Shown here piece after piece: positions 42,212 through 52,396 of a DNA stretch of 64,000 nt. The stretch lies in NCBI GenBank assembly GCA_965230295.1, contig OZ246001.1, forward strand, positions 160,001 through 224,000. Direction: 5' to 3'. The notes below the pieces were generated by a model. It worked only from the letters and a program-made list of their open reading frames with translations. It did not search any database and had not been told where the DNA came from. The stretch's first letter is position 1, and each line of letters begins with the position of its first letter. The position numbers were made by a program, and so were the translations under genes. This DNA is from Marinicella sp. Lineage in GTDB: Bacteria > Pseudomonadota > Gammaproteobacteria > Xanthomonadales > Marinicellaceae.

Positions 42212-42317
42212 GTTCACTTCGACTCCGCTCAGTGAACGATTATATTAATTCTTTGGCTGAGCTTGTTGAAATGGCCAGTACTGAGCCATCCGTTGGCTGA
42301 GCGGAGTCGAAGCCAAC
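42212..42317. repeat. Inverted pair of REP-like palindromes
   Basis: gttcacttcgactccgctcagtgaac and gttggctgagcggagtcgaagccaac. Confidence 0.75.
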
Positions 42318-42513
42318 TTAACCTCCTTTCTTTTCGATTCACCTAGTGCCTCTGCTGACTCTACGTCTGATCTGGACGAATCAGATGACGCTGTGAAAGT
42401 TGCAAGGCAAACTGGAACCATCTCCTCTACATAATTGAATTGTTTCAATAAGATAGCCATGAACTCTTGAAGAGATTGCTATATACTAAATAGGAAAGTC
42501 TTTATGACTGTGT

Positions 42514-43518
42514 GTGATGACAGAAGCGGAAAAACGACTGCAATACCAAAAAAGTGAGTTCAGCGTGCTGAATAAATCGGCCATGTGGCTGGGTAATGTG
42601 GCCATGGTTTTTATCACCCCGTTTGCCATCAACAACTTTTTCAATGGACAACTGGAAGTGTCCATCATATCTTTCTCAATCATTTTGATTTTCTCATTCA
42701 ACACTTTCACTGTGTTGTTTTGGAAAAAATACTATTCAAACCTGTCCTTACTGGTACTCTCACCTGCCATTTTAGTTTTCTGTTATTATGCAATTCCGAA
42801 TCAAGGCATCATTGGTGTTTTATGGAGTTTTCCGGCCTTGGTGTGTGCCTATTATTTTTTACCAGAAAAACAGGCTTGGGTGGTGAATGTGGTGACCCTC
42901 TCTTTGTGTACCTACCTTGCTTTTGAAACTTTTGAACAAGGCTTGGCCATCAGGGTGTTTGCGACTTTGTCCCTGATCAGTGCCTTTACCGCAGTCAGTA
43001 TCAGACTCATATACAAACAACAAATCCTGTTGCATCACCTGGCCATCACTGATTCATTAACCGGGCTGTATAACCGCAATGCCTTAAAAACAGTGATTGA
43101 TGATGTCATCGAAAACCAACATAAACTGGATGAGCACTGTCATTTGATGACCTTAGATGTGGATCATTTCAAACACATCAACGACCAATATGGTCATGAC
43201 ACAGGTGATACCATGCTCAAAAAAGTGGCTCACAAGATCAGAGACCTGGTCGATCAACATGGCGTGGTGTTTCGCCACGGTGGTGAAGAATTCATTGCCG
43301 TAATTGAACAAGAAAGCTGGCAAAACACCAAAAAACTGGCCGAAAAAATCAGGGTAGCCATTGAAACCATTGAGGTTATCCCAGGTCGCAGAACCACCAT
43401 TTCAATCGGCTTGTCTAAGCTGAAACCAAAAATGTCACGAACTGATTGGATCAGAGAATCAGACCGCAACTTACTGATGGCAAAGGACCAGGGACGCAAT
43501 CAAATCATTGCCAGTTAA
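42514..43518 (+). CDS. Membrane-bound diguanylate cyclase
   Basis: Several TM segments, DSLTGLYNR, DVDHFKHINDQYGH, GGEEF; no RxxD inhibitory site. Confidence 0.92.
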   Translation: MMTEAEKRLQYQKSEFSVLNKSAMWLGNVAMVFITPFAINNFFNGQLEVSIISFSIILIFSFNTFTVLFWKKYYSNLSLLVLSPAILVFCYYAIPNQGIIGVLWSFPALVCAYYFLPEKQAWVVNVVTLSLCTYLAFETFEQGLAIRVFATLSLISAFTAVSIRLIYKQQILLHHLAITDSLTGLYNRNALKTVIDDVIENQHKLDEHCHLMTLDVDHFKHINDQYGHDTGDTMLKKVAHKIRDLVDQHGVVFRHGGEEFIAVIEQESWQNTKKLAEKIRVAIETIEVIPGRRTTISIGLSKLKPKMSRTDWIRESDRNLLMAKDQGRNQIIAS

Positions 43519-43601
43519 ATCTTGTCGCGTGTCAATGGCAACTTTGTGTTGCGTGGCTTATAATCATTTGACAACTATTGAATAAATAAAAGGGGACAAA
43601 C

Positions 43602-45221
43602 ATGAGAGAATCATTTGTTGTAGCAGCAATCATCTGCCTATCAATGCCATCAACCAGCCTTGCCGTAAACACCCAAACCGATGAATTCACACCTTACATC
43701 GATCGAGCAGCAGGCGGTCCTGATGCTTTTGGATACACATGGGCAGATTCAAATGAACCAGGTGGACCTGTATTCAACTGGGTTGACATCACTGGTATCG
43801 GCACCCAAGTGACCGGATTAGCTGATGACAATTCAGTGCCCTTGATACCTATGGGAATGGATTTCACCTACTATTGGATCACCTTTTCTGACATCAAAAT
43901 TGGTTCCAATGGCTGGCTCAGTTTTAACAATGTAAGTAATGTGGCACATTGCTTTCCTGTTTTACCAACTCCTGGTAGCACTGGCGATAATTTGGTGGCA
44001 CCATTTATGTCCGATCTGAACTTCAGTGAACCTGGAAACCCCGCTGCAGTGTATTATTTCCATGATACCGATAATCAGGAATTTATAGTTAGTTATATCG
44101 ACGTTCCATGGTGGGTCAATTCCAACCCGGCATACATAGGCTCCAATACGTTTCAGGTTATTTTTTCCGCAATAGACAACAGCATTACATACCAATATTT
44201 AGACATGGATCCTGCCAATTTTAATGACACAGCAGGTTGTGCCCATGACTTGAGCATAGGCTTTGAAAACACCACTGGTAATATCGGCTTAGAAATCAGT
44301 TCGGAGACTGTACCCCCTGACAATTATGCCATCAGGATTACCTACCCAGATCCTGTCTTATTCAACATCATTGACTTGGCCCCCATTTGGAATCAAAACG
44401 ACCAAAACAGTGGGAGATTTTCTTTTTTGGGTCAAGAGGTGACATTATTATCTCGGGTTAAAAACACCGGAAACACTGATGCAGTTAATGATATTGATGT
44501 CACCATGCAAGTGTTTGACGACCAGAATATGTCAATCTACACTGAATCAGACACTTTGATGGGTCTGGTTGCTCAAGGTGAAATTGATGTGATTTCCTCT
44601 AATCTACTAATCACTGCAGCAGGCACATATCGACATGTGGCTACCACCACTTCAGCAGAAGACATCAATCCCAGTAACAACGTCAATGAATCGGAGCTGG
44701 TAATAGTCGATACATCACAAGCACCATTGACTTTAAGTTTCACTGATGCAAATTCTCATAATGGCGTCATTTCCTGGAATGGCGGAAACGGTGGAGCAGG
44801 CGTCTTTATCAGCCCTCCTGAAGCTGGCTGGTCAATATACAGTGTCGAAATGTTTGTGGTTGCTGGAGGCGGTGCTGGTGCTGATTACACGGTGAGTATA
44901 TTTGCCAATGACAATGGTGATGGCCTGCCAGGAACATTATTAGATTCTGTAGTTGTTCCTGAAGGATCTTATACATTTGATACTTGGGTTGAAACCGTCA
45001 TGAACAGCCTGATTGAAGCACCCACTGAAGGATTTTTCGTGACTTGGGAGCAAATCAATGCCGAAGGGGTTTCTTTGGGTAGAGATGACAACCGGCCTTT
45101 CTCTTTTAACAGCATTGAACAGTTAGGTGGCCAGTGGGCCACTTACCGCCGGAATGATGCTTCTGACTTGATGATCAGGGCTAATTTAGTGGATGTGATT
45201 TTTGCTGATGGATTTGATTGA
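43602..45221 (+). CDS. Secreted beta-rich protein (GGPDAFGY domain, CARDB-like segment) with C-terminal DVIFADGFD
   Basis: Signal peptide, GGPDAFGYTWADS, GSNGWLSF, EDINPSNN, terminal IFADGFD. Confidence 0.8.
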   Translation: MRESFVVAAIICLSMPSTSLAVNTQTDEFTPYIDRAAGGPDAFGYTWADSNEPGGPVFNWVDITGIGTQVTGLADDNSVPLIPMGMDFTYYWITFSDIKIGSNGWLSFNNVSNVAHCFPVLPTPGSTGDNLVAPFMSDLNFSEPGNPAAVYYFHDTDNQEFIVSYIDVPWWVNSNPAYIGSNTFQVIFSAIDNSITYQYLDMDPANFNDTAGCAHDLSIGFENTTGNIGLEISSETVPPDNYAIRITYPDPVLFNIIDLAPIWNQNDQNSGRFSFLGQEVTLLSRVKNTGNTDAVNDIDVTMQVFDDQNMSIYTESDTLMGLVAQGEIDVISSNLLITAAGTYRHVATTTSAEDINPSNNVNESELVIVDTSQAPLTLSFTDANSHNGVISWNGGNGGAGVFISPPEAGWSIYSVEMFVVAGGGAGADYTVSIFANDNGDGLPGTLLDSVVVPEGSYTFDTWVETVMNSLIEAPTEGFFVTWEQINAEGVSLGRDDNRPFSFNSIEQLGGQWATYRRNDASDLMIRANLVDVIFADGFD

Positions 45222-45224
45222 ATA

Positions 45225-45252
45225 AAGGAATGAAGTCCCAAGAACATTCCTT
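45225..45252. repeat. Terminal fragment (copy D) of the dispersed repeat, forming a hairpin between convergent genes
   Basis: aaggaatg-aagtcccaagaa-cattcctt. Confidence 0.7.
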
Positions 45253-45262
45253 AATGGTTGAT

Positions 45263-45712
45263 TCAGCATTGTGGGAATGGATTGAGGTCTGGTTCAATAA
45301 ATTTTGACCTGGCACGGTCTGAGAACAATAACTCGTGGCTGTAATGTGACAACAGTATTTCTTTGTTAAGTAACACTGGATTTGTAGATATAAATTCATT
45401 GGCAGATTTCATTGACTGGCTGTTCTGCATAAAATGCCAGATGGCAATCATCCACCCATGAGTGATGGTCATGTGAAACTTATCTGGGCTCACACCGTGG
45501 GCTTTGAGAAAGCCCATCAATGTATCTTGCATTTTTTTACCACCGTCAGATAAATCATGGGAAGTTAAATAACAATAGGCCAATTTAACATGCACCTCAT
45601 GACTGAACTCAGGTAACTGCATGACATGGTTTTCTATGGCAGCCACCATCAATTCATCAGCTTCGCTCATGCGATGTTTTACTGCAGTTTTAATCTTGTT
45701 ATTCATGACCAT
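45263..45712 (-). CDS. Conserved hypothetical protein
   Basis: FSHEVHVKLAYCYL, KFHMTIT, HYS...ARSKFIEPD pattern. Confidence 0.75.
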   Translation of the reverse strand: MVMNNKIKTAVKHRMSEADELMVAAIENHVMQLPEFSHEVHVKLAYCYLTSHDLSDGGKKMQDTLMGFLKAHGVSPDKFHMTITHGWMIAIWHFMQNSQSMKSANEFISTNPVLLNKEILLSHYSHELLFSDRARSKFIEPDLNPFPQC

Positions 45713-45935
45713 ATTTTACTGGATCTGATGTGAAAACAACAGCACACCCAACTCCACTTATTTGAACCAACCTGTGGTGAGAATCTTTGCCACTGATGTG
45801 TGTATTCGGACTGTATTCAGTAAATGGTGTAACAAAGCACTCTTGCATTATTTTTTGTGGCCTCTGTTTTACATTTGTATAAAATCAAAGGTGTAAAACA
45901 GGTAGAATATTAATACTTACTTTGACTGATGGATC

Positions 45936-46868
45936 ATGAAAAAACCTTTGATTGGCCTGGCCTTAGGCAGTGGTTCTGCCAGGGGGATGTCACACATTGG
46001 CGTTATCAATGCCTTACAAGACATGGACATTCATCCAGACATTGTGGCTGGATGCTCTGTCGGTAGTTTGGTGGGTGCCAGCTATGCCACTTCAAATTTG
46101 GATCGCCTTGAACAATGGGCATTGTCAATGACTGAATCAAAAATCAGAAACTTTCTGAGCCTGAACATCAGTGCAGCTGGATTCGTGAACTCTAAACGAT
46201 TACAAAAACTGTTTGAAAACGCCATTGGTATTGAGTCATTAACTTTCAAAGACATGGATCGACCCTTTGGGGCTGTGGCCACCAACTTAAGTTCTGGCAA
46301 AGAGGTATGGCTGACTGAAGGCTCTGTGCATGATGCATTGTGGTCTTCCATGGCTTTCCCTGGTTTATTTCCTGCCGTACTGCACAATAAAAAATGGCTG
46401 GTAGATGGCGGGTTGGTCAACCCGGTGCCTGTTTCATTGTGCCGTGCCATGGGTGCAGATGTGGTGATTGCAGTGAATTTGAATGCCGACATCATCAACA
46501 GTTATGAAATTTTTGATGAATCCACTTCCAGCGATGCCGACATTGATCAATCAGTTGACCCAGGTGATGAACCCACATTTTGGGGAAAAACCAAATCTGG
46601 TTTTCAAAAAGCGTTTGATATGGTCAGTGCAGATGGTAGCGAAGTCAAAGAACCCAAAGGCCTGGATGTCATATCTAACTCAATTCACATCATGTCATCC
46701 CACTTAACCCGCAGTCGACTAGCTGGAGAGCCGCCTGATGTTTTGTTGCAACCAAGATTGACAGATGTGGGTTTGTTACAGGTTTACAAAGCCAAAGAAA
46801 CCATATGTGAAGGCAGGGCTTGTGTCGAACGGATGCAAGATGAAATCAACTTCAGGATCAAAGGATAA
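45936..46868 (+). CDS. rssA: Patatin-like phospholipase (RssA family)
   Basis: GSGSARG, GCSVG, DGGLVNPVP, RSRLAGEPPD. Confidence 0.88.
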   Translation: MKKPLIGLALGSGSARGMSHIGVINALQDMDIHPDIVAGCSVGSLVGASYATSNLDRLEQWALSMTESKIRNFLSLNISAAGFVNSKRLQKLFENAIGIESLTFKDMDRPFGAVATNLSSGKEVWLTEGSVHDALWSSMAFPGLFPAVLHNKKWLVDGGLVNPVPVSLCRAMGADVVIAVNLNADIINSYEIFDESTSSDADIDQSVDPGDEPTFWGKTKSGFQKAFDMVSADGSEVKEPKGLDVISNSIHIMSSHLTRSRLAGEPPDVLLQPRLTDVGLLQVYKAKETICEGRACVERMQDEINFRIKG

Positions 46869-46900
46869 ACCGCACCATTGATCGGCTTTTACATTGATAA

Positions 46901-48154
46901 TTGATAAAGAAAAAGATGTTTAAAACTACAGAACAAATCACCTTACCCATCAACATCACATTAGGCCTTGGGGCTTACACAACCAAATTGTATATTGGCA
47001 GTGAACAGGTTGAAGTCAATGTATTGCTGGACACTGGTAGCAGCACATTAGCCATAGATCTTGAAAAATACACACCAGAAAAAGACCAACATTTAAAAAC
47101 CACAAAATATGCACAAGATGTGGTTTATGGATCAGGTGGTTGGGCAGGACCAGTGGTTCACAGTCATATAGAATTGAATCATGATCAAAAATTAACGTTG
47201 GATAATGCACCCATTGCCATAACCGCCAACAGCCAACAACAAAATTTTCAACAAGCAGACGGCATTTGGGGGTTGGCATACCATCACCTGAACAAAGCCT
47301 ATGACGTCAGCAGTTACCTGGCTGATCAACAACCCGCTTTGGATTCAACTTTTCCATGGCCATTTTCAATAGAAGAATCACCAACTGCGATGCGAAATTT
47401 CAGATCTTATCTACACCAATTTCCTGAACATGACATCACGCCATTGTTCACTGATTTTGAGGAAAACAACATCATCCCTAATTTATTCACCCTCAAAACT
47501 CACCGTTCAATTGAATATGTACCCAGGTCAGGGATGGATAATGAAGAATTGGAAAGAGAACCATTGAACCAAGGGCAATTAATCATCGGTGGACAATTGG
47601 CAGAAGCACCTCAACGCAGCACTTTGGTGATACATGATGCCTATTACAACACCCATTTGATGGCATGTCAGGTATCTGGTTTTCCGGCTTGTGAAGCCCC
47701 TCCTTTGGATGAAAAACACATCAACAGTTTTTTCTCCAATGCCATCATAGATTCTGGTTGCAGTTTTCTGGTATTACAAAAATCCTTATACAGTTATGTT
47801 TTGGATTGTTTTGGCCAAATCAATGCATCTTTTCCATCCATGGTTGAAACCGCAACCGCGGCATGTCAACAAAATAAAGACTTTCACCCTGATCTTATCA
47901 ATTTAAAGGATTGGCCTGATATTTACTTGGTATTTAAAGCCCCTGATGACAAACAAGTGACTTTAACCGTTCCTCCTCAATGCTATTGGCAACACCATGC
48001 CAAGACACCAGATAATTGGATGTTCATGATTATGAACCAACTACCCCAATGGCCCGATCAAACCTTATGCGGGTTACCATTGATCAACAATTACACCTGC
48101 GTTTTTGATCGATCTAAAGAAGAAAATGGTTTGATACACTGGGTAGATAAATAA
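46901..48154 (+). CDS. Pepsin-like (A1) aspartic protease
   Basis: VLLDTGSS, flap YGSG, DGIWGLAY, AIIDSGCS, C-terminal CG...NYTCVFD. Confidence 0.88.
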   Translation: MIKKKMFKTTEQITLPINITLGLGAYTTKLYIGSEQVEVNVLLDTGSSTLAIDLEKYTPEKDQHLKTTKYAQDVVYGSGGWAGPVVHSHIELNHDQKLTLDNAPIAITANSQQQNFQQADGIWGLAYHHLNKAYDVSSYLADQQPALDSTFPWPFSIEESPTAMRNFRSYLHQFPEHDITPLFTDFEENNIIPNLFTLKTHRSIEYVPRSGMDNEELEREPLNQGQLIIGGQLAEAPQRSTLVIHDAYYNTHLMACQVSGFPACEAPPLDEKHINSFFSNAIIDSGCSFLVLQKSLYSYVLDCFGQINASFPSMVETATAACQQNKDFHPDLINLKDWPDIYLVFKAPDDKQVTLTVPPQCYWQHHAKTPDNWMFMIMNQLPQWPDQTLCGLPLINNYTCVFDRSKEENGLIHWVDK

Positions 48155-48332
48155 TTTATAGCCAAAGTCTGCGGCACTTTTTTTGAATGCCATAAACATC
48201 AACAGGCACAGTTTATGGTATACAGCGCCTTGAATAACGAAATATCCAATCTCAAAATATCTACAAATCACGTTGGAAAAGACTTAGAATAATTCAAATC
48301 AACATTTTATTGATTGAATCAACCTGAGTGAA

Positions 48333-49292
48333 ATGAGCAATGACAAAACCCATCAAATAAAACACATCCGGATAGATTTTGATGACCACAAAGTCACCTC
48401 GAATGGTGTCGAAGTCAGTATTGATTACAAAGCCATTGAGGTTCTTCAATTGTTGATCAAGCATGCCGGTGAAACGGTTCATACCGAACAATTCATGGAC
48501 AGCATTTGGCATGACAAACCCAGCGCACCTGAGGTGATACCGGCCGCCATTGCCAGACTCAGAAAAATGTTTAAAAAAGCCGGTATAGGCGATGACTTGA
48601 TCGTAACTGTGCATAAAGTTGGTTATCGATTTGAGCCCTTAAGTGAAGCTGAAGAACACACTTTGGTTAACCCTAAACAAAGCCACTCGTTGCTTAATGT
48701 GTTTTTTTTGATCTTGGGCTTGGCTGGTTTGTTCACCAGTATTGGTTTGAACATCAAGCATTACATGAACAACAATGATGAGGACCAACTGGCACAAATT
48801 GAAGCGGCTAAAATACAGCAAGAATCCGCTTCTGATGCCACCCAAATTTATATTTTGCGACACACAGAAAAAGCCGATGAGACTTCAGAAAACCCGGACC
48901 TTTCAGTGCAAGGCATTGAACGAGCAAAATACTGGAAAAAAGTATTACAACACACTGAATTTGATCAAGTTTTTACCACAGATTTTAAACGCAACATACA
49001 AACAGCAGAGCTGATATCAGCAGCCAGTTCAGTCAAACCCGAATTGTATTATCCCATGTCATTTGATGTGTTGAAGTTTTTGAATTTGATCAAAGGGCAG
49101 CAAGTGTTGATCATTGGCCACAGCAACACCATACCGGATATGGTCAACCGCCTGATTGGTGAAACCAAGTATCCGCCTATGAGCCACAAAAATTACAACA
49201 TCCTTTATATCATCACCATCAATAAAAATGGCGACACCAGCTCCAATATGTTGCATGTAGAAATGCCATCTCGATCAGATGAAGGTTTATAA
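48333..49292 (+). CDS. ToxR/CadC-like winged-helix plus TM plus histidine-phosphatase domain fusion
   Basis: N-terminal AIARLRK...TVHKVGYRF; one TM; IYILRHTEK, GIERA, IIGHSNTIP. Confidence 0.85.
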   Translation: MSNDKTHQIKHIRIDFDDHKVTSNGVEVSIDYKAIEVLQLLIKHAGETVHTEQFMDSIWHDKPSAPEVIPAAIARLRKMFKKAGIGDDLIVTVHKVGYRFEPLSEAEEHTLVNPKQSHSLLNVFFLILGLAGLFTSIGLNIKHYMNNNDEDQLAQIEAAKIQQESASDATQIYILRHTEKADETSENPDLSVQGIERAKYWKKVLQHTEFDQVFTTDFKRNIQTAELISAASSVKPELYYPMSFDVLKFLNLIKGQQVLIIGHSNTIPDMVNRLIGETKYPPMSHKNYNILYIITINKNGDTSSNMLHVEMPSRSDEGL

Positions 49293-50416
49293 AGTATAAA
49301 ACGTGGTGAAGAAGAGCACCATTCGATAGATCAAATACACCCAATAAACTGACAACGCATAAATAAAAACTTTTATCAACAAAGTGATGCCCTTTGTGTT
49401 GTACACCCTGATGCAAGCCAAATAAAAATACCAGGTAAAAATGGTTACTAAAATTAACGAGAAAACCAACTCAATCAGTCCACCACTTACTTTAAGAAAA
49501 AGCAGTGGGACGATAAAATTGATCAATGCCAACAGCAACGGAGCAACCACAGCTTGAATCAACAACATGAATGAAAACAGGTGGGTGGCAAAAACCAAAC
49601 TACCAACCACAGGAAAAGGTTGTTTTGGAAACAATATAAGCATTATCAGGGCAAACATAGGCACCATCAACATCACCAATGATTTGGCTAAAATTTCAAC
49701 CCTGTCATTGAACCGTTCTGTGAATGATGCATCAGTCTCTTCTGATCCTTGCAACCTTTCATCCAACATCTTCTTTGCCATTGGTTGATGAATAAAATTT
49801 GTAGAATTAGGGCCTGTTAACACTAAATAAATGACGACTGTTATGACTGAAAACATCACTATCAAGGCGCGAATCGCGTGATTTGGCATGCCAATTGAGT
49901 GATGAGCAACGCAGGGTGTGGTGTTTTCAGCCTTAACCCATAGGGCTGGACCGTATTTTCCACCCACCGGCCTTAGCCAATCGTTCATGTGGAGTGACCA
50001 CATATCACGATGGGTGGCGTTGTTGGCTGAAAAATACGGTTTCAGCAGTGGCCATTCATTTAGTGTTAACAGGCCCTAGTGTGGGTTTGCAAATGGGCTG
50101 TAAAGGCTGAATGACCTTGATAGGCAGCAACCAAGAAGAACACAATGTTGATCGTCAATAAGATTTGAAACGGTGATAAACGCTTCTTTCTAACACCTGA
50201 CATGTAATCAAGGGTTAACTGTCCTGGCTTACTGATCAACAACCAAAATGAACTGATGAATTTACCGTCCACTTCTGTGATTGAAGTGAATATATGTTCA
50301 AAAATAGTTTTTGAAGACAGGTCCTTTTTGGAGAATTTTTTTTCGCCACATTGGTGACAAAACTGCCCAAGCAATGGTTGTGCACAACTTGGGCATTGTT
50401 CATTGATATCAGACAA
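49287..50416 (-). pseudogene. DUF3667 membrane protein gene split by a MITE
   Basis: CPSC..FCHQCGEK zinc ribbon and PGQLTLDY in the 5' part; removing 49810-50078 restores the frame (QTHT|NSTNF). Confidence 0.88.
49810..50076. mobile_element. 267-bp MITE with 19-bp terminal inverted repeats and TA duplication
   Basis: gggcctgttaacactaaat ... atttagtgttaacaggccc flanked by TA (49808-49809, 50077-50078); no transposase. Confidence 0.92.
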
Positions 50417-50422
50417 AAACCT

Positions 50423-52327
50423 TTACCTCACTTGTTGTGAGGTCACCCAAGCATCCACATTTTCTTCCAATATTGCCATGGGTACGGCACCACCTAAGAG
50501 CACCAGATCATGAAAGGCTTTGATGTCAAAGTGTTCACCCAAGGCATTTCTGGCTTTATCTCGCAGTTCAACGATTTTGATCATACCCAGTTTATAGCCC
50601 AAGGCCTGACCCGGCCAAACCATATAACGTTCAATTTCTGCCACCACATCTGAGTCAACTGTACCGGTGGTTTCGGCCATGTATTTGATGGCTTCTTCCC
50701 GGGTCCACTTCTTATGGTGCAAACCAGTGTCTACCACCAACCGCACCGCACGGAATAATTCAGCTTTCAAACGACCCAGATCACCGTAAGGATCGCCATC
50801 ATACATACCCATTTCTTTGGCCACCAGTTCTGAATACAGCGCCCAGCCTTCTACATAGGCGTTGTAGGGTGCTATGCGACGAACCATGGGCAAACTGTCT
50901 TGTGCCAGATTCAGGGCCACTTGCCAATGATGTCCCGGGTTGGCTTCGTGGTATGTCAGTGTTTTCAAATCAAATTTAGCATTGGCTTTGATGTCTCTCA
51001 GGTTGATCCAATAGATGCCTGGCTGTGAACCATCAATTTTTGGTGATGAGTACATGCCACCAGGTGCCGAGGCTTCACGGGCTTTAGGAAAGGCCCTGAC
51101 CTCAACTTCATAAGGCGGTTTGGTGCCGAACAATTCAGGCATGCGCACATTGATTTCTTCAATATAACCATTCAAGTCAGCAATGAGTTCTGCCCTACCC
51201 TCTGCCGAATCTTCATACAAAAACTGAGGATCGTCATTGATCGCCAGCATGCGTTCTCCGACAGTCCCTTCGGTGTGGCCATTGGCCACCAAAATGGCAT
51301 CCATTTCTGCAGAAATACGCTCCACTTCATTCAAGCCAACCTGGTGAATTTCTTCTGGTGACAGGTCTGTATCTCCCAACATTTTCACTGCATCGGCATA
51401 GTACTCTGGGCCATTGGGCTGTGCCCAAATACCTGATTCTTCGGTCGCTTTTTCCAGCAGTTGCTTTTGCGCCTGAATCAATAAACGGTAACCCGAGTAA
51501 ACCCCTCCACTGATGTGATCCGCCGCTTGTTTTGACATGTTTTCAGCTTCTTCCTTTGAGATGCCTTCAATTTCGTTGACCTGGCTTGCAAAAGTTTTGT
51601 ACAACGGGTGTTGCGTCACTTCTGGCTCAATGAAAGCCTCCAATCCCGCAATGGTTTTATTCAAAATCACTTTAGGAGCTATCCAACCCTGTTCGGTGTC
51701 ATGTGATAACTTAGCCATCACACTTTGTAAGAAGGCATCATAAGCATCCAACCTTTGAAGAAAATCTTCGGCGTCTTTTTTGTTGTTGATTTTTTGGTTA
51801 GCCACCATGTAATTAGGCACATCGATCAGTGGCCCGTTGATTTGGTTGACCACAAAAGGTGATAAACCCATCCACAAATCTATGTAACCAATGTCAAATT
51901 TTTCATGACCAGAAAAGTAACGATTTAAATTCATCATCACTTTTTGGTTGGCGATGTCAGTTGCATCGGTCACTTCCATGTTGGCCAATTGCTTGTTGAT
52001 TTCACGCAGTTTGGCCCTGAGTTTGGCTTCTGCTGCTGGAGAATAGTCATCCAAACGGTGGTTATAAGCACCACCAGCCAGGGCCTCATCCACCCCTAAG
52101 ACAGTGGCATAATGTGGTCGGGCATGGAATAACATGGCAGCACTGCTGTCAAAATTAACTTGTAAAGGTGGAATGGCGGGTTCTTTTTGCTCAGCATGGT
52201 TGGGTAAACTGGGCTTTACCAACACCTCTTCTTTTTCGTTGATTGGTGCAGTTTCTTTATCGCCACAAGCAAATAATGTAAGGGCAAAACAACCTATAAA
52301 GAACGGTTTAAAAATAGTTTTCATCAT
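50423..52327 (-). CDS. DUF885 family lipoprotein
   Basis: Lipobox LFAC, HEANPGHH, AYVEGWALYSE, RLVVDTGLH, PGQALGYKLG. Confidence 0.93.
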   Translation of the reverse strand: MMKTIFKPFFIGCFALTLFACGDKETAPINEKEEVLVKPSLPNHAEQKEPAIPPLQVNFDSSAAMLFHARPHYATVLGVDEALAGGAYNHRLDDYSPAAEAKLRAKLREINKQLANMEVTDATDIANQKVMMNLNRYFSGHEKFDIGYIDLWMGLSPFVVNQINGPLIDVPNYMVANQKINNKKDAEDFLQRLDAYDAFLQSVMAKLSHDTEQGWIAPKVILNKTIAGLEAFIEPEVTQHPLYKTFASQVNEIEGISKEEAENMSKQAADHISGGVYSGYRLLIQAQKQLLEKATEESGIWAQPNGPEYYADAVKMLGDTDLSPEEIHQVGLNEVERISAEMDAILVANGHTEGTVGERMLAINDDPQFLYEDSAEGRAELIADLNGYIEEINVRMPELFGTKPPYEVEVRAFPKAREASAPGGMYSSPKIDGSQPGIYWINLRDIKANAKFDLKTLTYHEANPGHHWQVALNLAQDSLPMVRRIAPYNAYVEGWALYSELVAKEMGMYDGDPYGDLGRLKAELFRAVRLVVDTGLHHKKWTREEAIKYMAETTGTVDSDVVAEIERYMVWPGQALGYKLGMIKIVELRDKARNALGEHFDIKAFHDLVLLGGAVPMAILEENVDAWVTSQQVR

Positions 52328-52396
52328 TCAAAGCAAGTTCAATTAAAGGCACTTATCTTAATGCCCTGATGCGACAAATACAAAGAACTGCTTGTT

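Noticed and set aside
42245-42460. 71-aa minus-strand ORF
   Set aside because: Runs through a REP palindrome and has no recognisable motif; at most a gene fragment
49287-50003. Independent 238-aa membrane protein
   Set aside because: Its N-terminus lies within the MITE; the remainder is the 3' half of the split DUF3667 gene
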